From assembly GCA_052327205.1 (NCBI GenBank), contig CM126207.1, positions 178,684,001 through 178,748,000 of the forward strand: a stretch of 64,000 bases of DNA, in the 5' to 3' direction. Source of the DNA: Somniosus microcephalus (Eukaryota). The notes under the pieces were generated by a model. It made no database searches. It was not told the DNA's origin and saw only the letters and a program-made list of their open reading frames with translations. The position numbers were made by a program, and so were the translations under genes. Positions 37,992 to 48,177 of this stretch are shown here, in pieces; positions within the stretch are counted from its first letter, which is position 1, and each line of letters begins with the position of its first letter.

Positions 37992-38681
37992 CCATTCTTT
38001 TTCCCGCTTTCTGCGTTTTGCTTTTCAAACCTTCATTTCCAGCAAAAAAAAATTGCTTTTATTAAATTGTTTTTTAAAAAACTGAATTCATTTGTCAACC
38101 TGAAGATTCTTTTTCCTACCTTTCCCCGTTATTGTAAGGCCTCATAAACAAGGCCTCAAAGCCTGGGCCTTTCCTGCCCAGCCACGCCCGAGCTAGGTTA
38201 TTGTCCCACGGCTTCTGCTAAGCTCCCCCCACCCGTCGTCACGTAACCCGGGGCAACGGCGTCAGCCACGAGGGTCACGGGACATAAACAGGACGCGGCA
38301 TCTCTCTCTCTTCCCCACTCGGCACTTGCGGGGGGTGCGGGGCTCTCGGGAGTGCCGCTCTCGGGCGGGGCTTGGAGAGCGGGAAGGGTTACCCCCGGCA
38401 ACGGGGCCCACTGCGGCTCTTGGGCGGGGCTTGGAGAGCGGGAAGGGTTACTCCGGCAACGGGGCCCGCCGGCCGCCTTGAAACCAGCTCGGGAGGGCGG
38501 GAGTCAGCGCGCGCGCGCGCGTCAATTTCGGCCCGGACCGCAGCTAAGGTGAGTCCGGCCGGGGGGACTCAACGCGCTAGCCCGCGCATTCGGCCGGCCC
38601 TGAGGCGCTGATCCGCGGAGAGGGAGGGAGAGAGAGAGGGAGGGAGAGGAAAGAGGGGGGGAGGGGAGAGAGGAGAGGAGA

Positions 38682-41600
38682 CCCCGTCTCTCTCTCTTCC
38701 CCCCGTCTCTCTCTTCCCCCCCAGTCTCTCTCTTCCCCCCCGTCTCTCTCTTCCCCCCCGTCTCTCTCTTCCCCCCCGTCTCTCTCTTCCCCCCCGTCTC
38801 TCTCTTCCCCCCCGTCTCTCTCTTCCCCCCCGTCTCTCTCTTCCCCCCCGTCTCTCTCTTCCCCCCCGTCTCTCTCTTCCCCCCCGTCTCTCTCTTCCCC
38901 CCCGTCTCTCTCTTCCCCCCCGTCTCTCTCTTCCCCCCGTCTCTCTCTTCCCCCCCGTCTCTCTCTTCCCCCCCGTCTCTCTCTTCCCCCCGTCTCTCTC
39001 TTCCCCCCCGTCTCTCTCTTCCCCCCCGTCTCTCTCTTCCCCCCCGTCTCTCTCTTCCCCCCCGTCTCTCTCTTCCCCCCCCGTCTCTCTCTTCCCCCCC
39101 GTCTCTCTCTTCCCCCCCGTCTCTCTCTTCCCCCCCGTCTCTCTCTTCCCCCCCGTCTCTCTCTTCCCCCCCGTCTCTCTCTTCCCCCCCGTCTCTCTCT
39201 TCCCCCCCGTCTCTCTCTTCCCCCCCGTCTCTCTCTTCCCCCCCGTCTCTCTCTTCCCCCCCGTCTCTCTCTTCCCCCCCGTCTCTCTCTTCCCCCCCGT
39301 CTCTCTCTTCCCCCCCGTCTCTCTCTTCCCCCCGTCTCTCTCTTCCCCCCCGTCTCTCTCTTCCCCCCCGTCTCTCTCTTCCCCCCCGTCTCTCTCTTCC
39401 CCCCCGTCTCTCTCTTCCCCCCCGTCTCTCTCTTCCCCCCCGTCTCTCTCTTCCCCCCCGTCTCTCTCTTCCCCCCCGTCTCTCTCTTCCCCCCGTCTCT
39501 CTCTTCCCCCCCGTCTCTCTCTTCCCCCCCGTCTCTCTCTTCCCCCCCGTCTCTCTCTTCCCCCCCGTCTCTCTCTTCCCCCCCGTCTCTCTCTTCCCCC
39601 CCCGTCTCTCTCTTCCCCCCCGTCTCTCTCTTCCCCCCCGTCTCTCTCTTCCCCCCCGTCTCTCTCTTCCCCCCCGTCTCTCTCTTCCCCCCCGTCTCTC
39701 TCTTCCCCCCCGTCTCTCTCTTCCCCCCCGTCTCTCTCTTCCCCCCCGTCTCTCTCTTCCCCCCCGTCTCTCTCTTCCCCCCCGTCTCTCTCTTCCCCCC
39801 GTCTCTCTCTTCCCCCCGTCTCTCTCTTCCCCCCGTCTCTCTCCCCCGTCTCTCTCTTCCCCCCCCGTCTCTCTCTTCCCCCCGTCTCTCTCTTCCCCCC
39901 CGTCTCTCTCTTCCCCCCGTCTCTCTCTTCCCCCCGTCTCTCTCTTCCCCCCGTCTCTCTCTTCCCCCCGTCTCTCTCTTCCCCCCGTCTCTCTCTTCCC
40001 CCCGTCTCTCTCTTCCCCCCGTCTCTCTCTTCCCCCCTCCGTCTCTCTCTTCCCCCCGTCTCTCTCTTCCCCCCGTCTCTCTCTTCCCCCCGTCTCTCTC
40101 TTCCCCCCGTCTCTCTCTTCCCCCCGTCTCTCTCTTCCCCCGTCTCTCTCTTCCCCCGTCTCTCTCTTCCCCCCGTCTCTCTCTTCCCCCCGTCTCTCTC
40201 TTCCCCCCGTCTCTCTCTTCCCCCCGTCTCTCTCTTCCCCCGTCTCTCTCTTCCCCCCGTCTCTCTCTTCCCCCCGTCTCTCTCTTCCCCCCGTCTCTCT
40301 CTTCCCCCCGTCTCTCTCTTCCCCCCGTCTCTCTCTTCCCCCCGTCTCTCTCTTCCCCCCGTCTCTCTCTTCCCCCCGTCTCTCTCTTCCCCCCGTCTCT
40401 CTCTTCCCCCCGTCTCTCTCTTCCCCCCGTCTCTCTCTTCCCCCCGTCTCTCTCTTCCCCCCGTCTCTCCTCTTCCCCCCGTCTCTCTCTTCCCCCCGTC
40501 TCTCTCTTCCCCCCGTCTCTCTCTTCCCCCCGTCTCTCTCTTCCCCCCGTCTCTCTCTTCCCCCCCGTCTCTCTCTTCCCCCGTCTCTCTCTTCCCCCCG
40601 TCTCTCTCTTCCCCCCGTCTCTCTCTTCCCCCGTCTCTCTCTTCCCCCCGTCTCTCTCTTCCCCCCCGTCTCTCTCTTCCCCCCCGTCTCTCTCTTCCCC
40701 CCGTCTCTCTCTTCCCCCCCGTCTCTCTCTTCCCCCCGTCTCTCTCTTCCCCCCGTCTCTCTCTTCCCCCCCGTCTCTCTCTTCCCCCCGTCTCTCTCTT
40801 CCCCCCCGTCTCTCTCTTCCCCCCCGTCTCTCTCTTCCCCCCGTCTCTCTCTTCCCCCCGTCTCTCTCTTCCCCCCCGTCTCTCTCTTCCCCCCCGTCTC
40901 TCTCTTCCCCCCCGTCTCTCTCTTCCCCCCCGTCTCTCTCTTCCCCCCCGTCTCTCTCTTCCCCCCCGTCTCTCTCTTCCCCCCGTCTCTCTCTTCCCCC
41001 CGTCTCTCTCTTCCCCCCCGTCTCTCTCTTCCCCCCCGTCTCTCTCTTCCCCCCCGTCTCTCTCTTCCCCCCCGTCTCTCTCTTCCCCCCCGTCTCTCTC
41101 TTCCCCCCCGTCTCTCTCTTCCCCCCCGTCTCTCTCTTCCCCCCCGTCTCTCTCTTCCCCCCGTCTCTCTCTTCCCCCCCGTCTCTCTCTTCCCCCCCGT
41201 CTCTCTCTTCCCCCCCGTCTCTCTCTTCCCCCCCGTCTCTCTCTTCCCCCCCGTCTCTCTCTTCCCCCCCCGTCTCTCTCTTCCCCCCCGTCTCTCTCTT
41301 CCCCCCCGTCTCTCTCTTCCCCCCGTCTCTCTCTTCCCCCCGTCTCTCTCTTCCCCCCCGTCTCTCTCTTCCCCCCCGTCTCTCTCTTCCCCCCCGTCTC
41401 TCTCTTCCCCCCCGTCTCTCTCTTCCCCCCGTCTCTCTCTTCCCCCCCGTCTCTCTCTTCCCCCCGTCTCTCTCTTCCCCCCCGTCTCTCTCTTCCCCCC
41501 GTCTCTCTCTTCCCCCCCGTCTCTCTCTTCCCCCCGTCTCTCTCTTCCCCCCCGTCTCTCTCTTCCCCCCCGTCTCTCTCTTCCCCCCCGTCTCTCTCTT

Positions 41601-42062
41601 CCCCCCGTCTCTCTCTTCCCCCCCGTCTCTCTCTTCCCCCCCGTCTCTCTCTTCCCCCCCGTCTCTCTCTTCCCCCCCGTCTCTCTCTTCCCCCCCGTCT
41701 CTCTCTTCCCCCCCGTCTCTCTCTTCCCCCCCGTCTCTCTCTTCCCCCCCGTCTCTCTCTTCCCCCCCGTCTCTCTCTTCCCCCCCGTCTCTCTCTTCCC
41801 CCCGTCTCTCTCTCTTCCCCCCCGTCTCTCTCTTCCCCCCCGTCTCTCTCTTCCCCCCCGTCTCTCTCTTCCCCCCGTCTCTCTCTTCCCCCCCGTCTCT
41901 CTCTTCCCCCCCGTCTCTCTCTTCCCCCCCGTCTCTCTCTTCCCCCCCGTCTCTCTCTTCCCCCCCGTCTCTCTCTTCCCCCCCGTCTCTCTCTTCCCCC
42001 CCGTCTCTCTCTTCCCCCCCGTCTCTCTCTTCCCCCCCGTCTCTCTCTTCCCCCCGTCTCTC
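38682..42062 (+). repeat. 17-18 bp satellite (GTCTCTCTCTTC6-7)n, roughly 190 copies
   Basis: Direct reading; copy number estimated from length/period. Confidence 0.97.
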
Positions 42063-42179
42063 TCTCCCCCCTCAGTCGCTCTCTCTCTCTCTCTCTCCCC
42101 CAGTTTCTCCCTCCCCCCCTCAGTCGCTCTCTCTCTCTCTCTGTCTCCCAGTCTCTCTCTCTGTCTCCCAATCTCTCTA

Positions 42180-42625
42180 TCTCTTCCCCCAGTTTCTCTC
42201 TCTCTCCCCCAGTTTCTCTCTCTCTCCCCCAGTTTCTCTCTCTCTCCCCCAGTTTCTCTCTCTCTCCCCCAGTTTCTCTCTCTCTCCCCCAGTTTCTCTC
42301 TCTCTCCCCCAGTTTCTCTCTCTCTCCCCCAGTTTCTCTCTCTCTCCCCCAGTTTCTCTCTCTCTCCCCCAGTTTCTCTCTCTCTCCCCCAGTTTCTCTC
42401 TCTCTCCCCCAGTTTCTCTCTCTCTCCCCGTTTCTCTCTCTCTCCCCCAGTTTCTCTCTCTCTCCCCCAGTTTCTCTCTCTCTCCCCCAGTTTCTCTCTC
42501 TCTCCCCCAGTTTCTCTCTCTCTCCCCAGCTTCTCTCTCTCTCCCCCAGTTTCTCTCTCCCCCAGTTTCTCTCTCCCCCAGTTTCTCTCTCCCCCAGTTT
42601 CTCTCCCCCAGTTTCTCTCTCTCTC
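42180..42625 (+). repeat. 20-bp tandem repeat (AGTTTCTCTCTCTCTCCCCC)n
   Basis: Perfect period 20 over ~42191-42420, degenerating towards the gap. Confidence 0.92.
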
Positions 42626-42833
42626 CCCGTCTCTCTCCCCCCCTCAGTCTCTCTCTCTCTATCTCCCAGTCTCTCTCCTCCAGACTCTCTCTCCGTCTCT
42701 CTCTCTCCTCCAGTCTCTCCCTCCTCCAGTCTCTCTCTCTCTCCCCATCTCTCTCTCCGTCCCCCTCTCTCTCTCTCTCCTTCCCTCTCTCTCTTTCTCT
42801 CTCCTTCCATCTCTCTCTCTCTCTCCTTCCATC

Positions 42834-43132
42834 NNNNNNNNNNNNNNNNNNNNNNNNNNNNNNNNNNNNNNNNNNNNNNNNNNNNNNNNNNNNNNNNNNN
42901 NNNNNNNNNNNNNNNNNNNNNNNNNNNNNNNNNNNNNNNNNNNNNNNNNNNNNNNNNNNNNNNNNNNNNNNNNNNNNNNNNNNNNNNNNNNNNNNNNNNN
43001 NNNNNNNNNNNNNNNNNNNNNNNNNNNNNNNNNNNNNNNNNNNNNNNNNNNNNNNNNNNNNNNNNNNNNNNNNNNNNNNNNNNNNNNNNNNNNNNNNNNN
43101 NNNNNNNNNNNNNNNNNNNNNNNNNNNNNNNN
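42834..43132. other. Assembly gap (299 N)
   Basis: Run of N. Confidence 1.
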
Positions 43133-44249
43133 CGCTCCCTCTCTATCTTCCAACAACAACATGCCCTCAAAAAAGCCTCGGCACCGCCGGGCACCCCCAG
43201 CTAGTTAATAATCTGCCTTCCTGCTTTTGCCACCAAAGTGGATAACCTCACATTTATCCACATTATAGTGCATTTGCCATGTTTCTGCCCAATCACCCAA
43301 CCTGTCCAAATCGTACTGGAGTTTCACGACATCCTCCTCACAGCTTACCCTCCCACCCAGCTTTGTGTCGTCTGCAAATTTGGAGATATTACATCCAATT
43401 CCCTCGTCCAGATCATTAATATATAGTGTGAACAGCTGGGGTCCTAGGATCGATCCTTGCGGTACCCCACTAGTCACTGCCTGCCACTCGGAAAACGACC
43501 CGTTTATTCCAACTCTTTGCTTTCTGTCCGCCAACCAGTTCTCGATCCAAGTCAATACCTTGCCCCCAATCCCATGTGCCTTAATTTTGCATGCTAATCT
43601 CTTATGTGGGACCTTATCGAAAGCCTTCTGAAAGTCCAAATACACCACATCCACTGGTTCTCCCTTATCTATTTTACCAGTTACATCCTCAAAAAATTCC
43701 AGTAGATTAGTCAAGCATGATTTACCTTTTGTAAATCCATGTTGACTTCGTCAGATCCTGTCACTGCTTACCAAGTGCTCTGCTATTACATCTTTTATAA
43801 TAGATTCTAGCATTTTCCCCACTACCGAGGTCGGGCTTACCGGTCTATAATTCCCCGCTTTTTCTCGACCACCTTTTTTGAATAGTGAGGTAACATTAGC
43901 TACCCTCTGTTAAGTCTGTGTGTCCCAGTTATGCTTATTATAAATCACTGGACACAGACCACAAGAATAACTTTAACAGGTCTTTACTATTCGGAGGTCA
44001 GGGCTGAACTGCCCAGTAAATCACTACACAACGCTTATATACCGGTGTGGTCACCACCGGTACTACAGTATACAGCAGCCAAGAGAAAGTAGTACATCTC
44101 TTAAGGTAGTTCTCTTAAGGTGGAACAGGTTACATACACCACAATCCTCCCTTTTTAGCTTAACAGTTATATCCCCATTTAACATAACATAATAACATAT
44201 ATATATATATTATATACAACTTCATGCAAAACAGTTCAAAGATTCAGTC

Positions 44250-45564
44250 TCTGAGGAGGCCTCCTGATTCGAGTTGGATAACGCCTTTCAGGGGTCTCTG
44301 ATTCTCGTTGCTGGGGTGACTCATCTAGTTGATCTCTTATGGATTGGACATCATCATCAGGTACATTCACTTCTGAGGTAGATGCTTCAGGTTCACTAAC
44401 TTCTTCCACGGTTGTCTAAGCCATAACCCTGGGTTCGACCCTTGTTCTCGATTCTACCAGTTGGTCAGCATGACGCCGTATTACATTTTCACCAATATCT
44501 ACCGTGTACATCAGGGGTCCTTGTCTGGCCCGAATTGTTCCAGATTGCCATTTCTCGTTTTTATAGTCCTGGGCTAACACTGGTTGTCCTATTTCGAAAC
44601 TTCGCGTGGTCTTGTTATTTATATGCTGGAACTGTTTGTTTTCAACTTCCCTCCGCACATTTGGTTTTAACAAGTCCAACCTGGACCGCAACCTCCTGTT
44701 ATAGAACATCATGGCAGGACTTTGGTTTGTCACTGCATGAGTGGCGTTTCAATATGCCAGTAGGAATTTGTCCACCTTGTGTTGTAGTGGAATCTGATCT
44801 TCGCTCATGGCCTTTATTGCTTTTTTGAATGTTTGTACAAATCTCTCGGCCAACCCGTTTGTAGCCGGATGATATGGGGCAGAGGTATCATGTTTCACCC
44901 CATTCTTCTTCATGAATCTCTGGAATTCTTCTGACACGAACTGCGGTCCGTTGTCTGAACATATTTGTTCTGGCAATCCATTTCTCGCAAATATCGTTCT
45001 TAGCACCGCGATCGTCTTTTCCGAGGTAGTGGTAGTCATCTTAATCACTTCTGGCCATTTAGAATGTGCGTCCACCGCAATTAAAAACATGGAGTCCATG
45101 AATGGACCAGCAAAGTCAATATGTACACGTTGCCGTGGGGTTGAAGGCCATTCCCATGGATGCAGCGGTGCAATCGGAGGTGCATTTTGCACTTTTTGGC
45201 ACCCTGAGCAGCTTTTCGTCAGATCCTCTATCTGTTGGTCGATACCCGGCCACCACACATAAGCCCTAGCAAGGCTTTTCATCTTGACTCCCCCCAGATG
45301 ACCTTCTTGCAGTTCCTTTAGAACTCTCTTAACTTAGGAGGAATAATCACCCTTGTTCCATACATCAATGTTCCTTGACAGACGGACAGCTGTTCTCGTC
45401 TTGCTGAGAATGCTGGTAACAGTGGATCACCATGTGCTGGCCATCCCTTCACTGTCACTTCGTAGACCCGGGACAGTGTCGGGTCGTTTCTGGTTTCTCT
45501 TTCAATACTTGCATTGGTGACTGGTAAACATTCGATGATGGTCGAGTGAAATAACTCAACAGGG
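44250..45564 (-). pseudogene. Gypsy integrase region with frameshifts and a premature stop
   Basis: HLGGVKMKSLAR..CSGC..HIDFAGP..SDNGPQF..NGLAER split across frames; FLLAY*NATH stop at ~44749. Downstream end approximate. Confidence 0.85.
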
Positions 45565-48177
45565 TCAAACCGTCGGTGCCTCCTCCTCTGTAGGTAGTGG
45601 CAGGCGCGACAGCCCATCAGCATTACCATGCTGCTTTGTACCTTTGAATTCGATCTGATATTGATGTGCCCCTAGGAAAAGGGACCATCTCTGGAGTCTC
45701 TGTGCTGTCATCACCGAAACACCCTTCTTAGGGTTAAAAATGGATACCAACGGCTGGTGGTCTGTCAGAAGCATAAACTTTTGGCCCTGCAGGTAATGAT
45801 TAAACTTCTTTACTCCCCACACAAGGCTGAGAGCCTCCCTATCTATCTGAGCATAGTTGCGCTCAGCGGAGGTCAATGATCTGGATGCGAACGCAACTGG
45901 CCTCTCCAGGCCATTTGGCAACTTGTGTGAGAGTACTGCCCCAATACCATATGGAGAAGCATCACAAGCCAAACGAATAGGCAGCGTTGGGTTGAAGTGA
46001 GCCAACACTTCCTCTGAGGTGATCAATGCGTTGCTTTTGCGAAAGGCCCTCTTACAGTCCTCGCTCCACTTCCATGGTACTCCCTTCCGCAAAAGAGCGT
46101 TCAGCGGGTGCAGCACCGTGGATAAATTTGGCAGAAACTTATGGTAATAGTTAATCAACCCTAGGAACGACCTCAACTGGGATACATGAGCGGGAGCCTT
46201 CACAACAGCTTTGATCTTGTCAGGAGACTTATGAAGCCCCTCCTGGTCAATGACATGACCACAGTACGAGATCCGCTTCTGAAAGAACTCACATTTCTGG
46301 CGATTAACTCGAAGTCCATATTCTTTCAATCTGGTGAGCACCAGTTCCAAATTTGCAAGGTGTTCCTCGTCATCATCTCCTGTAATCAGAATATCGTCCA
46401 GGTAACATTGTGTGCCTGGAATTCCCTGTAATACCTGCTCCATGGCCCTCTGCCAAATGGCTGGAGCCGATGCCACTCCAAAAACCAGTCTATTATACCG
46501 GTACAAGCCTGTATGCGTGTTGATCGTGAGATACTGGCGTGACTCTTCCTCAACTTCCATCTGTAAGTACGCCTGCGCCAGGTCTATCTTGGTGAAGTGT
46601 TTCCCGCCAGACAACGAAGCGAAGATATCCTCAATCCGCGGAAGCGGATACTGCACCGTGTGAAGCACCGGATTAACAGTGATCTTGAAATCTCCACAGA
46701 TGCGAACCTTCCCCGGTTCCCCCGGCTTGTTGCTCGATGAACGCTTCATGACAGGGACAATGGGCGTGGCCCACTCACTCCAGTCTACCTTAGACAGCAC
46801 TCCTGAACGTTCTAGCCCTTCCAGCTCAGCTTCCACAGCAGGTCGTATCACATAAGGTACCGGTCTGGCTTTGAAAAATTTCGGGTTTGCATGTTCTTCA
46901 ACCTTGATGTTTGCCGGAATTCCTCTCGGTGTTCCCAGTCCCTGTTGGAACACCTCTTTAGCATCGTCCAATATTCTGGACAATCGTTTAGGTTTGACAT
47001 CTTTTTTACCGGAATCTACCGTTGGTGCTTTGAAGGAATGCCAGTCCATATTTATTTTCCTAATCCACTCCCGTCCCAGTAGTGGTGGACCTCCCTCAGG
47101 TAGCACATATAAGTCCATTCCTCGGCTTTCTTTGCCCTTGTGGACCACCTTTACCTCTATCTTCCCGATGGGGTATACTCTTTGCCCCGTGTATGTTTTC
47201 AATACAATCTCCATATCCCGTAGGGGAATATGTGGGAATAACCTTTTGTAATCTTGCTTATTCATGACCGTCAATGCCGATCCAGTGTCCAATTCCATCT
47301 TCACTTGGACTCCTGCTATCTGAAGTGTGACCCAGTTTGTTTGGAGGTCTGCTTCATTACCAACATTGTGTACTCTTAGACTACCCAGTTCATTACTACT
47401 GGAGTCTGAATCTGACTTCTGTTCGTTCGAACTGTTCTCTGTCACCTTGTGTACCTTTCTGTACTTTTCCTGCGGTGACTTTTTGTTGCTGGCCTTCTTT
47501 CCTGACCGGCATACTTCAGCTATGTGACCAAGCCTGCCACATTTTCTGCATTCCTGATTTTTGAACCAGCACTGGTTCTGATCGTGCGTTGTCTTTCCAC
47601 AACGATAACATTTTACTGTACCCAAGACCATTTGATTGGTGCTGAGTTCCGGTGACCGTAGCTGCATTTCCGCAGTGCCTCTCGCTGCGGCTTCATGCGA
47701 TGCTGCAATAGTGACAGCTTTATCAAGCGTAAGATCATTCTCCTCAAGCAGTCGCTTTTGTGTTCCTTTTAACAATCCACACACAAATTTATCTCTCAGT
47801 GCATCTGCTAGTCCTGTTCCAAATTGACAGTACTTTGATAGCTTACGCAGTTCAATTAAAAATTCAGCGTTGCTTTCGTCTTTCAGCTGCGTTCTTCTGT
47901 AAAATTTAAATCGTTCCGCTATCATCAGCGGCGTGGGGTTTAAATGATTTTTCAGGACAGTAACAATATTCGCGAAAGTCTGATCCGCCGGTTTATCTGG
48001 TGATAGAAGGTGCTTCAATAGCCTGTATGTCTTCGCACCCATTGAGCTTAATAAGGTTAGTGCTTTCTCATCATCTGGTACCTTATTTGCTTTACAATAA
48101 ACTGCCATGCATTCTACATACGTGGTCCAATCTTCGATATCGCTATCAAAGGTATTAATGTTCCCATGTTTAGGCAT
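45565..48177 (-). CDS. Gypsy gag-protease-RT-RNase H ORF (870 aa, truncated by frameshift)
   Basis: Two Cys/His knuckles (CYRCGKTTHDQNQC, CRKCGRLGHIAEVC), LDTGS protease, YLDD, LACDASPYG. Confidence 0.9.
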   Translation of the reverse strand: MPKHGNINTFDSDIEDWTTYVECMAVYCKANKVPDDEKALTLLSSMGAKTYRLLKHLLSPDKPADQTFANIVTVLKNHLNPTPLMIAERFKFYRRTQLKDESNAEFLIELRKLSKYCQFGTGLADALRDKFVCGLLKGTQKRLLEENDLTLDKAVTIAASHEAAARGTAEMQLRSPELSTNQMVLGTVKCYRCGKTTHDQNQCWFKNQECRKCGRLGHIAEVCRSGKKASNKKSPQEKYRKVHKVTENSSNEQKSDSDSSSNELGSLRVHNVGNEADLQTNWVTLQIAGVQVKMELDTGSALTVMNKQDYKRLFPHIPLRDMEIVLKTYTGQRVYPIGKIEVKVVHKGKESRGMDLYVLPEGGPPLLGREWIRKINMDWHSFKAPTVDSGKKDVKPKRLSRILDDAKEVFQQGLGTPRGIPANIKVEEHANPKFFKARPVPYVIRPAVEAELEGLERSGVLSKVDWSEWATPIVPVMKRSSSNKPGEPGKVRICGDFKITVNPVLHTVQYPLPRIEDIFASLSGGKHFTKIDLAQAYLQMEVEEESRQYLTINTHTGLYRYNRLVFGVASAPAIWQRAMEQVLQGIPGTQCYLDDILITGDDDEEHLANLELVLTRLKEYGLRVNRQKCEFFQKRISYCGHVIDQEGLHKSPDKIKAVVKAPAHVSQLRSFLGLINYYHKFLPNLSTVLHPLNALLRKGVPWKWSEDCKRAFRKSNALITSEEVLAHFNPTLPIRLACDASPYGIGAVLSHKLPNGLERPVAFASRSLTSAERNYAQIDREALSLVWGVKKFNHYLQGQKFMLLTDHQPLVSIFNPKKGVSVMTAQRLQRWSLFLGAHQYQIEFKGTKQHGNADGLSRLPLPTEEEAPTV

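Larger units (their letters stand above)
36253..43204 (+). mobile_element. Non-autonomous Helitron-like insertion, tandem pair (36253-37581; 37582-43204)
   Basis: Both units end in GC hairpin + short spacer + CAGCTAG followed by T; both begin with a homologous ~350-bp block with (CTGT)n near the 5' end; no TSD, no TIR, no coding capacity seen. Confidence 0.65.

Noticed and set aside
38569-43194. 1541-aa minus-strand ORF
   Set aside because: Translation of a stop-free satellite and the N gap; not a protein.
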